From assembly GCA_002269645.1 (NCBI GenBank), contig NIVC01001272.1, positions 186,001 through 250,000 of the forward strand: a DNA stretch of 64,000 nucleotides, in the 5' to 3' direction. The first letter of the stretch is position 1. Every line of letters starts with the position of its first letter. Position numbers and translations under genes: made by a program. The DNA is from Macrostomum lignano. Lineage: Eukaryota. Shown here piece after piece: positions 11,862-24,790 of the stretch. The notes beneath the pieces were generated by a model that saw nothing but the letters and a program-made list of their open reading frames with translations, was not told the origin of the DNA and ran no database searches.

Positions 11862-12044
11862 CTGATTAGTTGAACTACTGATAGTAGTGTGCCCCAATCA
11901 GTTGATAATTCATTTGTTTATTATGCAATACCTGCTGCTGGTCGGAATATTCTATTTGTGTGCTTGTTCTACTTAACTGCTGATTTTGATAGTTTGGTTT
12001 TTCAGATCTGTTTCTATTCTTTGTACAGATTTTTCTTATGGATG

Positions 12045-12045
12045 G

Positions 12046-12130
<85 letters not shown>

Positions 12131-12132
12131 GA

Positions 12133-12166
<34 letters not shown>

Positions 12167-12168
12167 GA

Positions 12169-12214
<46 letters not shown>

Positions 12215-12352
12215 GCCTGTCTGTCTCTCTGTCTGTCTGTCTGTCTGTCTGTCTGCCTGTCTGATTGTCTGTCTGTCTGTCTGTCTATCTGTCTGTCTGT
12301 CTGTCTGTCTGTCGGCCTGCCTGTCTGATTGTCTGTCTGTCTGTCTGTCTGT
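12045..12352. repeat. (CTGT)n microsatellite
   Basis: Direct reading; explains the SVCL-repeat ORFs. Confidence 0.97.
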
Positions 12353-12929
12353 CTCTCCCCCTCTCTCTCTAGCCTAGCCTAAGCAGTACACTCTAAACTA
12401 AGCGGTCACACACTCCTATTAATTGTTAGCAGCTGTGCTAAATTTTTCCAATACATGTGGTAGTACATGCGCATATGCTAGCTGCATTATTTTAGTTTCC
12501 GTCCAAATTCTTTGAAATTAAAAGTGCTTTTCTCTTAACTTTATGTAGCTTGACAGACGGATTTACACCGAAACTGTAGCATTCCTATAATTAGGCGTCA
12601 GTTTGAAATTTACTCAATTTACTGAGATTTTTTGTAATTTTTTGTAATTGTCCATCACATCTTAAATAACGAAATTTTCTCTTTTTTTAATTATTAATTT
12701 GCCTTTGTATTTATTATTTGTTTAAATTTAATCACATTCCCTTTGCGAAATCAATGTAATGAATTGCTTGATTTATGAATATAATTTTCAAATCAGTGCA
12801 GTGCTGTTGTCTATCAGTTTAATGTTCGTGTCTTGCTAACTTTATCTTTTAAAGCTAGTGGATTTAGTAACTTCATAGCAGCTTAAGCAGCTTATGGAAT
12901 TTTTTTCGTAGCATATTTTCATTGAGCCC

Positions 12930-13115
12930 TCAGAGCCACCTGAGGAATTCCCCTCGAGATTTCAGAGCTACCTGAGGAATTCCCCTTGAGATCTCAGAGC
13001 CACCTGAGGAATTCCCCTTGAGATTTCACAGCCACCTGAGGAATTCCTCTTGAGCTTTCAAAGCCACCTGAGGAATTCCCCTTGAGCTTTCAAAGCTACC
13101 TGAGGAATTCCCCTT
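12930..13115. repeat. 32-bp tandem repeat (CCACCTGAGGAATTCCCCTTGAGATTTCAGAG variants) upstream of FAM91A1
   Basis: CCTGAGGAATTC at 12939, 12971 and so on; about 5-6 copies. Confidence 0.9.
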
Positions 13116-13272
13116 AAAAACTTGAACCTAAAATATTCATCTAATGAATTCTATAGGAAACGAACTCACAAAAACGTTATCTGAACATTCTAATTCTTAT
13201 TTCAGTTCAGAACAATTGGTGAATAATCGCACAATATTAAAGAATTAATCAATAATATTCAACAGCACAGCA

Positions 13273-16200
13273 ATGCGCCCAGGTGAAGAGCTGGAGAACT
13301 ACCTTCGCCAGGGCTACACCTGGAACCGGTTGCCTTCCTCAGCTAAGCAACAACTCGGTGGAGAACGCGAATTCGCCAATGCAATTTATCAGTTCGGTTT
13401 GCGCAACCAGTTAAAATTTGAAGATCACCAGATAGGAGCTTACAGTAAGCGCCTGTTGAAGCGGTCGGAACGACAGTATTACGAAGATTTGGTGGCTTAC
13501 AGCCGTGAACACCTGTTGCTCTATCCTTATCATCTGCAAGCTAAGATAGCCAGAGGCCTTGGCGTTACGCCATATCATTATTACACAGATATGGTTGAGT
13601 CTATCATGAATTTGGAGCGCAGCTACGATTGTTTGCCAAATTTCACAGCGGCTGATTGTGTCAGAATCCTTGGCATTGGTCGCAATCAGTACATCGAGGT
13701 GATGAATCAGACTCGATCGAGTAGGAGAATTCTGGGATTAGAAATTCGTAAGAGGCGTGTGAGGGATTTCCTACCGCATCAGCCTATTGAGGATGTGGTC
13801 ATACAGCCTTGGTGGCTGGTGCATGTGGGATACGTGCCTAATGATGCTATTCAGGTGAGCCTTCTGAGTTTTTTGTTCATGTCAAACAATCAGCACTGAA
13901 TAATAGGATTATTAAGCGCTTAAATAGAATCGCCCCTGAACTACGACAACCATTTAAGAATCTCCCTTGAACTATAACTATCATCTAAGAATCCCCCCTA
14001 AACTATAACTACCATCTAAGAATCGCCCCTAAACTATAACAATCATCTAAGAATCGCCCCTGAACTTTGAAAACCATGTAAGAATCGCCCCTAAATTACA
14101 ATCATCTGACAATCGCCTTTGAACTATAATAATCCTGAAAGAATCGCCACTGGACTATAATAATTTATGAATTCTCAGATAACCCCTAAACAAGTCAATT
14201 TTAAACCATCCATTACTACCTGAGAAGCTTTAACTACCCCCACTAATACAAAGATCATCCCCAATCAAAACATCCAGGTGTGCACTCCCATCGAGCGGCG
14301 CCTGATTGACAGCCTGATCGATCGAAACGGCGGCCCAATCGTTGCTGGAACAGTTGATTATCACCTGCTTAAGTCGCTCTACCTGAAAGGTTTCGTCTAT
14401 TTAGACATACCAATTGCCGATGAAGATTGCATTGTTGTGCCCACACTAGAAGGCTTCGTGATGAATCGAGTAATTGGTGACTCGTTTGAAAATCTGCTCT
14501 ATAAGATTTTCATATCAATTGACGAGCATACCACTATTAAGGAGCTGGCTAGTGTGCTTCAGGCTGATCTCAGCATGGTTAGATGCTTGATTATTATTTT
14601 ATTATTTACTTGTAAAATAACCGCCACGGTGCCAACCACCCCACTACCCCATTCTCCGCCAGCCAAGCACCCACCACCCCATTCACCGCCAGCCAAGCAC
14701 CCACCACCCCATTCACCGCCAGCCAAGCACCCACCACCCCATTCTCCGCCAGCCAAGCACCCACCACCCCATTCACCGCCAGCCAAGCACCCACCAACCC
14801 ATTCTCCGCCAGGCAAGCACCCACCACCCCATTCACCGCCAGCCAAGCACCCACCACCCCATTCACCGCCAGCCAAGCACCTACCACCCCATTCTCCGCC
14901 AGCCAACACCCACCAACTCATTCTCCACTAGCCAACACCCACCACCTCATTCTCCACTAGCCAACACCCACCACCTCATTCTCCGCCAGCCAACACCCAC
15001 CACCTCATTCTCCGCCAGCCAACACCCACCACCTCATTCTCCGCCAGCCAACACCCACCACCTCATTCTCCGCCAGCCAACACCCACCAGCTCATTCTCC
15101 ACTAGCCAACACCCACCACCTCATTCTCCACTAGCCAACACCCACCACCTCATTCTCCACCAGCCAACACCCACACCGCCAGACAAGCGCCCCATTCTCT
15201 GCCGAACCAAGCACCCGCTTTTTTGGCCAAGTACGCTCGCAAGCATCCACCAACTCATTTTCACCCCACTCTCTAACAACCTCAGGTAAAGACGGCCATC
15301 TCGCTATTCTGTCGCCTTGGCTTCGCATTCAAAAAGACTTCGCCCAATTCAGAGCTGCCATCCCCGGTAGGCTCCACCACCTCTGTTGGTCAGTCATCAC
15401 TTGGAGCCGAGTCTCAAGCATCGGTGAACATTGAGCAAGCGTCAGCTTCGACAGGCAGTGGTGACTCAATTCTCACCAATGGCGGTCGTCACCCCAGCTG
15501 GATCGGGGTGCCAACAATGGCCCGGCCGCATCACGCCAATGGGCCTTCGTTGTTGAATCCTACAGGAGCTTCTCTGCCGCCGCCGTTGACAAATGCAGCA
15601 ACTGCGAATGCGAGTGTTTCGGGCTCTGCCGGGCAGCATCCGCGTTTGGGTTCCACCGGCAGTGCGGACTTGACTGCCCTAGATCCAGCATCAGCCGTCA
15701 GCAACAGCGACGCAACATCAAATAGTGGATCATCGAATCGATTAAAAATTGCTTTCCTATTCGATTCAACTCTCACAGCCTACTTGATGATGGGCAATTT
15801 ATCGCCAGGCTTAAAGAATCACGCTGTCACAATGTTTGAAGTTGGCAAACTAAGCGAGGAGAGCATGGACAGCTTCCTAGCTGAGTTAGACAAAGTTGAA
15901 GATATTGGCGAAGGCGAAGTGGCCAGGTATTTTTGGCATGCGGTTAATCTGAGAGACACGGTAGCCAGGCTGAGGCATAATCCGAAGATTAACGGCGGAT
16001 TAGGCTTAGATCTGTTGCGCACTGAGTCTCTGTTGAGTCTGGAACCAGCTAGTCGGAGTCGGATTCTAGCCAAGAATTATGCCTTCCTGTTGTCCATGGC
16101 GCCCATCAGCCAGGAGGATCGAACTGTGATGATGTGCAATCCGCTGCATCTGGGACCGCCCATTCCCGAGGTGAATTCCATCTGGTTTAAACTGTTTCTC

Positions 16201-17690
16201 TATTGTCTGACTGGCTGCGGACCGCCTTCGCTACTGCTGGCTAAGGGTACTCGGCTGAGTAAGCTGCCGAAACAGTTGAGACGGTTTCACACCTTCCTAG
16301 TGACCGCCTGGGGTCACGATCCCAGCGAGACTCCGGCTAGTAACCTGTTGGCTACAGTGAACGATGCTTTGACTATTTCTGCCGTGCTTGTGCAAGGTGA
16401 ATTGTTGGGGGATGATTTAGAGTCTGATTCAGGTGGGGTGGGTGTCGCTAATTAGGGTCTGACTCAGGTGGGGTGGGTGTCGCTAATTAGGGTCTGGTTC
16501 AGATGGGGTGAGTGTCGTTAGTTAGGGTCTGACGCAAGTGAGGTGGGTGTCGCTAATTTTAGGGTCCGGCGCAGGTGAGGTGGGTGTCGCTTATTAGGGT
16601 CTGGTACAGGTGGGGTGGGTGTCGCTAATTAGGGACTGGTTCAGGTGGGGTGGGTGTCGCTAGTTAGGTCTGACGCAAGTGAGGTGGGTTTCGCTTATTT
16701 TAGGGTCCGACGCAGGTGGGGTGGGTGTCGCTAATTATAGGGTCCGGCGCAGGTGAGGTGGGTGCCGCTAATTAGGGTCTGGTACAGGTGGGGTGGGTGT
16801 TGCTAATTAGGGTCTGTTTCAGTTGGGGTGGGTGTCGCTAATTAGGGTCTGGTACAGGTGGGGTGGGTGTTGCTAATTAGGGTCTGGTACAGGTGGGGTG
16901 GGTGTTGCTAATTAGGGTCTGTTTCAGTTGGGGTGGGTGTCGCTAATTAGAGTCTGGCTCTAATGGATGGTTGTCGATAATTAGGATCTGACCAAGGTGG
17001 GCCTGTGTCACTAATTAGGGTCCGGCGCAGGTGGGGTGGGTATCGCTAATTAGGTTCTCGTTCAGGTGGGGTGAGTGTCGCTAATTAGGGCCTGGCTTAG
17101 GTGAAATGGATGCGCTCGTTAGGGTTTGACGCAGGTGCGGTGGGTTCGCTAATTAACGTCTGCCGTAGGTGGATTAAATGACGCTTAATTAGTTCTCGCA
17201 GATGCCACAATTGCAACTAAACACCAAATCCCCAGGCTACGCAAGCGACTGCAAGCAGACCAATGTCCCATTTCCAACTCCAATTGTTGAACTCCCCGGC
17301 GATCAAGGAGCCCTGGTGTCTCGCCTATTCTCTGAGCTGGATCTCCAGTGCCAATGCGGCTACATCACGTTGCTATGCGAATCTGCGCCCAGCAACGGTT
17401 GCACTCTGCTTGATTTGCACTTTGGCGTGCCGCTATTCGACAGTGGCGTCACCGCAGCGGTCTGTCAGGGCCTGATCGAACGAGAACTTCTGTCAGAGCG
17501 AAATAAGGCCCCGTTGTTGCGAGCGAATCGAGCCCTGACGCTGTCTCTGTTGGACTTTATCGCCGAGTGGACAGGTTCAGCGCAACCGGTGGTTGCCTCC
17601 GGTTCAAGAATGGCCACCCCGCTCCCCAGTAGGAGTTTGCAGTTCTTCGATTCTAAACTGTCCTACGCTGTTGATTGTTGTTGCAATTAA
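13273..17690 (+). CDS. FAM91A1: FAM91A1 homolog, about 815 aa, 4 exons
   Basis: Motifs [99 protein letters not shown]. Exons 13273-13854, 14278-14577, 15286-16396, 17236-17690 are in frame (2448 nt). Confidence 0.95.
13925..14160. repeat. Degenerate ~31-bp repeat (AAGAATCGCCCCTAAACTATAACAACCATCT) in FAM91A1 intron 1
   Basis: AAGAATCGCCCC recurs about every 31 bp; a related GGAATCGCCCCC motif recurs near 19685-19740. Confidence 0.8.
14625..15175. repeat. 30-bp, then ~27-bp, C-rich minisatellite in FAM91A1 intron 2
   Basis: CCACCACCCCATTCACCGCCAGCCAAGCAC unit; 10-aa period in ORF 14278..14931 after the donor at 14578. Confidence 0.92.
16425..17130. repeat. ~35-bp G-rich minisatellite (TAATTAGGGTCTGG..AGGTGGGGTGGGTGTCGC) in FAM91A1 intron 3
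   Basis: TAATTAGGGTCT at 16449, 16484 and so on. Confidence 0.92.
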
Positions 17691-18194
17691 AATTTGATTT
17701 ATTTTTCTTAATCTGCTAATAACACATTAATTGCATAATGACAAAACCGATGTCCGCGCCTGTTACTTGCGGGGGCATTTTAAATCGAACGGTTTTGTGT
17801 TCTGTTTTCACGCTGCGTTTACTCTTATATGTGTATTGTTATTGATGTTGCTTACTAAGTAGATTTTAATTTGCATCGGTCAGCGAACGACACATTGACA
17901 CAAATTCCTAATCTTTATCTGATATATGGATTGTTTTTTAGTATTAATATCAACAATTTTGTGTACTTATTTGATCTATACATTGCATATACTTTAACAT
18001 ATACTTTAGCATATACTTTAAGGTAATACTAGTGGTACAATACTACATGCACTTATTCTCAGATTTATGGCCAATAATTCAATAACATATATACATGTAT
18101 ACATGTACAAACGAATAAACCATTTATCTTTCTTTCATATGCGACAAACTACCCCATTTTTCTCCTTAAATTTACCAGGCTTCCCTAGCAAGGA

Positions 18195-18900
18195 AGCTCC
18201 CGCCACTCAATTCCGTGCACACCCACCTCACTCCGCCAGGCTGCCTTAACGAACAAGCCCCCCCCCCACCACCTCATTTCTCTCAATTCCGTGCGCACCC
18301 ACCCCACTCCGCCAGGCTGCCTTATCAAACAAGCCCCCACCACCTCATTTCTCTCAATTCCATGTGCACCCACCCCACTCCGCCATACTGCCTTAACGAA
18401 CAAGCCCCCCCCCACCACCTCATTTCTCTCAATTCCGTGCGCACCCACCCCACTCTGCCATACTGCCTTAACGAACAAGCCCCCCCACCACCTCATTTCT
18501 CTCAATTCCGTGCGCACCCACCCCACTCCGCCAGGCTGCCTTATCAAACAAGCCCCCACCACCTCATTTCTCTCAATTCCATGTGCACCCACCCCACTCC
18601 GCCATACTGCCTTAACGAACAAGCCCCCCCCCACCACCTCATTTCTCTCAATTCCGTGCGCACCCACCCCACTCTGCCATACTGCCTTAACGAACAAGCC
18701 CCCCCACCACCTCATTTCTCTCAATTCCGTGCGCACCCACCCCACTCCGCCAGGCTGCCTTATCAAACAAGCCCCCACCACCTCATTTCTCTCAATTCCA
18801 TGTGCACCCACCCCACTCCGCCATACTGCCTTAGCGAACAAGCCCCCCACCACCTCATTTCTCTATCCATTCCGTGCGCACCCACCTCACTCCGCCAGCT
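18195..18900. repeat. ~73-bp minisatellite organised as a 219-bp higher-order trimer
   Basis: Variant CCAGGCTGCCTTATCAAAC recurs at 18312, 18531 and 18750. Confidence 0.92.
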
Positions 18901-19885
18901 AGCATATGTACCTCATTTTCTTTATTTTTAAGCATCAGGCCTCCACCCTGATCTTATTGATCGTATGTTACTACAAGTCAGCTTCGTCTACAACAACCAA
19001 TCTCTAATTTATAACATTCATTCAGGCTGCGCGCAGATTATCAACCTGTCACTCAGTCCCCCGCTAACTCCATGAGACGCCGCCTACTCCGTCCCAAACC
19101 AGCGCCCATGTCACTTGATTCGCTTCCCATGTAATGTAATGTGATTTTCTCTATTGATTATTGATGAAAATGGCAGTTTTTTTTCTGCTTAAGGTCCTGC
19201 TTGTGCTCGCTTTTGTCTTTTTTTCGCTTTTACGTTTTTTTTCTTTGTGTGTTTTGTAATGACATGTCGATATTGGAGACAGGTGTTATGCTAGTGGGGC
19301 TTACGCGTTTTATATTATGATCTGCATTCCTGACCTATTAAACAGAATGATAAACCGCTGTTTTTATTAATCAAGTTTCTGATTCTTCATAACTAGTGTT
19401 ATTTTCCCAGATTGAATCAACAAGTTCAGTGTTTTTCTATCAATTTAAAAGTAAAACAACGCGTTCAGTTTAAAAATTTCAGTTTATTGATTTCTTTTGA
19501 TTAAATGTTTTTGCTACAAAATTCAAATCTAAAATATTGATTTCTGCAACGCATAAAGTTATGAAGTTGCTTAAGGGTTATTATTATGAAGAACAAACTG
19601 CACTTACAATATGCGTCTTTATTATTTTGTTTAGTACTTTTATCGCCTCTGAATATCCGTAGTTATCGCCCCCAAAGTGCCCTAGGAATCGCCCCCAAGT
19701 CACCATAGGAATCGCCCCCAAGTCACCATAGGAATCGCCTCAAATCGCTTATGTAAAGAATGGCTACTAATGGATAAATTTTGCTTCGATATTTTATGAC
19801 TGTCAAATTAATCGGCTTCTACTATAAGTAGTTCAATAGTACCATCTTAGATTGAGCAGTAGTTAATTATAATAGGTTCATCACA

Positions 19886-21629
19886 ATGGCAGACGAAGAG
19901 GATCTAAGCTGCATAATCTGCAGCAACGTGTACACCGATCCCCGAGTGCTGCCGTGTGGTCACTCTTTCTGCTCGGCTTGCATCGCTCAGTGGCGTCAAA
20001 ATCAGCCCGTATGCCCCAACTGCCGCGGTCCAATCGGCCCCGTCAATCCGCCTAGAAACACTATTCTCGCTAATATTGTTGAACGATTCTTGCAACAGCA
20101 GCAACATGCTGCCAGCTTGTTGAACGCTTGTGACAAGTGCGGACGATCAGGACCTGCCGTGCAAGTCTGTCGGCATTGCCGCCATCCGCTGTGCGGCCCG
20201 TGCACTGTTAAGCATGTCCAGAAGCTTAAAGTGCGAACCAACGATGCTATTAATAGGTACAGACTCTCTATCTATCCCTCTTGGTCAGCCTTCCCTCCCT
20301 CACCCCAATGTACTCTCTATCTTTCTATTCCTCTTGGCCAGCCTTCCCTCTCTCACCCCAATGTACACACTCTTTCTATCCCTCTTGGCCAGCCTTCCCT
20401 CCCTCACCCCAATGTACGCACTCTCTCTATCCCTCTTGGCCAGCCATCCCTCCCTCACCCCAATGTACACACTCTCTATCCCTCTTGGCCAGCCATCCCT
20501 CCCTCACCCCAATGTACACACTCTCTATCCCTCTTGGCCAGCCTTCACTCCCTCACCCTAATGTACATACACACTCTCTATCCCTCTTGGCCAGCCTTCA
20601 CTCCCTCACCCCAATGTACACACTCTTTCTATCCCTCTTGGCCAGCCTTCACTCCCTCACCCTAATGTACACACTCTTTCTATCCCTCTTGGCCAGCCAT
20701 CCCTCCCTCACCCCAATGTACACACTCTCTATCCCTCTTGGCCAGCCATCCCTCCCTCACCCCAATGTACACACTCTCTATCCCTCTTGGCCAGCCTTCA
20801 CTCCCTCACCCTAATGTACATACACACTCTCTATCCCTCTTGGCCAGCCTTCACTCCCTCACCCCAATGTACACACACTCTATCCCTCTTGGCCAGCCAT
20901 CCCTCCCTCACCCCAATGTACACACTCTCTATCCCTCTTGGCCAGCCATCCCTCCCTCACCCTAATGTACACACTCTCTATCCGTCTTGGCCAGCCTTCA
21001 CTCCCTCACCCTAATGTACATACACACTCTCTATCCCTCTTGGCCAGCCTTCACTCCCTCACCCCAATGTACACACACACTCTCTATCCCTCTTGGCCAG
21101 CCATCCCTCCCTCACCCCAATGTACACACTCTCTATCCCTCTTGGCCAGCCATCCCTCCCTCACCCCAATGTACACACTCTCTATCCCTCTTGGCCAGCC
21201 TTCACTCCCTCACCCTAATGTACATACACACTCTCTATCCCTCTTGGCCAGCCTTCACTCCCTCACCCCAATGTACACACTCTTTCTATCCCTCTTGGCC
21301 AGCCTTCACTCCCTCACCCTAATGTACACACTCTTTCTATCCCTCTTGGCCAGCCTTCCCTCCCTCACCCCAATGTACACACTCTCTATCCCTCTTGGCC
21401 AGCCATTTCTCCCTCACCCCAATGTACACACTCTCTATCCCTCTTGGCCAGCCTTCACTCCCTCACCCTAATGTACATACACACTCTCTATCCCTCTTGG
21501 CCAGCCTTCACTCCCTCACCCCAATGTACACACACACTCTCTATCCCTCTTGGCCAGCCTTCACTCCCTCACCCCAATGTACACACTCTTTCTATCCCTC
21601 TTGGCCAGCCTTCCCTCCCTCACCCCAAT

Positions 21630-21667
<38 letters not shown>

Positions 21668-24443
21668 TATCACTCTCCTTATGTCCCTTATGTTTTAAAT
21701 ATATTAAATCATTCATCCCTAACTTACGCCAATCTTCTCAGACTGGAACCGTTGCTCAAAAAGCAAGAAGACAGAATGGATCAGCTGCTGAATGCGCAGG
21801 CTGAATGGACTCATGCTCAGGTAGGATATGAGTTTGTATTATTGCTTATACGTGTTTTCGTATATTTATGCGCATCTGTCTGTTTCTTTGTCTCCCTGGG
21901 GTAAGTCTAGGGCGAATCTTGTGACTTTAAACAACTCCAACGACTGTGATGCGACGGAGCGGTGCGACATCTTGTCGTTTTAGAGTTGTCTCGAGTTAGT
22001 TTACCCGACTCTTGGGCGATGCAAGTGAATCTAGGACGCTTCTTGGGTCTGTGTTGTCTGATCTGTCTTGTCGTGTCTGTCAGAGTAACATACTTGCCAC
22101 CCCCTGTCAAATCCACAGGCGTCTCTAGCCGCAGTCCTGGCTAAGGTGAACAACCGCTTGGACTTAATCAACTCCGAGGTAGCCAATCGCACCGATCTGA
22201 TTCACTCGTCTCGCGAACAGTTCGCAGCAATGAAGTCGGCCCTAACCGTCTCAGCCGCCAGCGCTACAGACGCGGCTCTGCTTGGTCGCACAATAAAGAA
22301 TGTCAACTGTTTGGCGCTGAAATTCAATGCTGACGATGACCAGCAGAGCTCGTCAGCTGCTGCGAGTAACAGCAGTTTTAGTAATCGGCCAGAATTGGAA
22401 GGCACCTCAGCCGAAGTTGATGAGCTGATAACTAGATTGTCAGTCTGTGTTGATGTTAATAATGTTTCTGATACCATGGTGGTTTCCATGGCAACGCCGG
22501 AGAAACCGAAGCAGCAGCCGCAGCAACAGCCGCAGCCGCAACAGCAGCAGATCCCATCTACGCCTAGCATTCTAGGGCCGGGCCCGCCAACTAAAGCAAT
22601 TTTATCTAAATATTATTCAAATTTTCCGCAACAATTTACCTACTATTTCACTGTAGTTGGGTCTATTGTTAGCTTGACCGTGTGCTCCAACACGGAGGGT
22701 TACCTGTACGGTAGAGGCATGGTCCTCTCGGCTCGTACTGTGGCGGCTGCTGGCGAACAGGCATCCTTCAAGGCACTACCGGATGAGGTTATTCTAATCT
22801 TGGAGGGAGTGTCGCCGCATACTAAGGTTGGTTGCTAAGGTCTTGTTTATTTAGGCTTGCGATAAGGGAAAAGGGCACTGGGATAAGGGAGGGTGACACT
22901 GGGATAGGGAAGAGTGACACTGGGATAAAGGAGAGTGGCACTGGGATAAGGGAGGGTGACACTGGGATAGGGAAGAGTGACACTGGGATAAAGGAAAGTG
23001 GCACTGGGATAGGGGAGAGTGGCACTGGGATAAAGGAAAGTGGCACTGGGATAAGGGAGAGCGGCACTGGGATAAGGGAGAGTGGCACTGGGATAGGGGA
23101 GAGTGGCACTGGGATAAAGGAAAGTGGCACTGGGATAAGGGAGAGTGGCACTGGGATAAGGGAGAGTGGCACTGGGATAGGGGAGAGTGGCACTGGGATA
23201 GGGGAGAGTGGCACTGGGATAGGGGAGAGTGGCACTGGGATAGGGGAGAGTGGCACTGGGATAGGGGAGAGTGGCACTGGGATAGGGGAGAGTGGCACTG
23301 GGATAGGGGAGAGTGGCACTGGGATAGGGGAGAGTGGTACTGGGATAGGGGAGAGTGGTACTGGGATAGAGGAGAGTGGTACTGGGATAGGGGAGAGTGG
23401 CACTGGGATAGGGGAGAGTGGCACTGGGATAGGGGAGAGTGGTACTGGGATAGGGGAGAGTGGTACTGGGATAGGGGAGAGTGGTACTGGGATAGGGGAG
23501 AGTGGCACTGGGATAGGGGAGAGTGGCACTGGGATAGGGGAGAGTGGTACTGGGATAGGGGAGAGTGGTACTGGGATAGGGGAGAGTGGCACTGGGATAG
23601 AGGAGATTGGCACTGGGATAAAGGATAGTGGCACTGGGATAAGGGAAAGTGGCACTGGGATAAGGGATAGTGGCACTGGGATAAGGGAAAGTGGCACTGA
23701 CACTGAACAACAACCCACTCCCCCAGCTGAAGGCATACGGTGTAGACGGCAGTTACAAAGGCAACATCGACATGAAGATGCCAGACGGCTCCGGCCCCAG
23801 CGTGTCCCCCAACTACAACATAGCAGCCAACGATGTCACCCAACTGCTTGCCATCAGCCTGTCAAAAATCAATCAGGTACTCGTGACAACACTTGACGGC
23901 AGTCATAAACTACTGGTGACAAATTGCTGCGGCTTAGACTTGGACAATCCTCTGGGCACCTTCCTCACCGACAATAACCGGGTGTACATTGCCGATTTTC
24001 GCAACCGGCGGGTGTGCAGCGTGTGCTGCGACACTGGACAAGGTGTCCGGGTGTTCAAGCACAACTCGCTGGCTAGAGTTGATCGAATTGCAGTCGCTAA
24101 AGATGGCACAGTCTTGGCCAGAGTTGAGCCCTGTCACCTGGTGATTTTGAAAGAGCAGCCTGAGCAGTTGCCAGCCAGGCTGCCTGAGATCAAGCGGAAG
24201 TTTTTTCATTTTCAATTGGACCCGTTCGGCGATCTGGTGTTTACTAGCGGCGGCGGGTTGCAGACTGGTCAGCTGTATGTGCTCCGACAGCCGTGTGTTG
24301 TACCGGATTCTGGTGGGTCTAGCAATCCACCTGAATTCAAGCTGATCCAGTGGTCTGATGTCAAATACAGCTGCGTGCTCAGGCTGAAGAATGGTCAGAT
24401 ACTGGCCTCCGCTGCCAATAAGAAGGAGATTCATTTCTTTTGA
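19886..24443 (+). CDS. TRIM-like protein: RING, B-box-like Cys/His motif, coiled coil, low-complexity linker and NHL/beta-propeller-like C-terminus, about 624 aa, 4 exons
   Basis: C3HC4 RING (CIIC..PCGHSFC..C..CPNC) and CDKC..CRHC..LCGPC..H. Exons 19886-20256, 21742-21820, 22119-22826, 23727-24443 are in frame (1875 nt). NNRVYIADFRNRRV is NHL-repeat-like. Confidence 0.8.
20265..21665. repeat. ~51-55-bp minisatellite (TCTATCCCTCTTGGCCAGCC..CCCTCACCCCAATGTACACAC) ending in (CA)n, TRIM intron 1
   Basis: Direct reading; explains many overlapping ORFs between 20130 and 21904. Confidence 0.95.
22865..23700. repeat. 21-bp G-rich minisatellite (GGGATAGGGGAGAGTGGCACT) in TRIM intron 3
   Basis: 7-aa periodic ORFs in several frames (GIGESGT, PLSPIPV). 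Confidence 0.95.
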
Positions 24444-24537
24444 ACTTACCGGCTTTTTGTTGTTTTTTTACCAACTTTTATCGTAGCTTTATTTACTGCG
24501 TGTCATGTTTCTCTAGATACTCGAGACTGATGGCAGA

Positions 24538-24790
24538 GTAGCCTCCCAGATCCCTGTTGGTTAGTAGACACCCTCCCAGATCCTCAGATTTCGGCAAGCA
24601 GCCTCCCAGATCCTGGCTTGCTGGGCCAGCCTCCCAGATCCTCAGTTGCTGGGCCAGCCTCCCAGATCCCCAGCTGTTGAGCCAGCCTCCCTGATCCTCA
24701 GTTGCTGGGCCAGCCTCTCTGATCCTCAGTTGCTGGGCCAGCCTCCCAGATCCCCAGCTGTTGAGTCAGCCTCCCAGATCCTCAGTTGCT
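24538..24790. repeat. 28-bp tandem repeat (GCCTCCCAGATCCTCAGTTGCTGGGCCA) 3' of the TRIM gene
   Basis: GCCTCC at 24601, 24629 and 24657. Confidence 0.9.
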
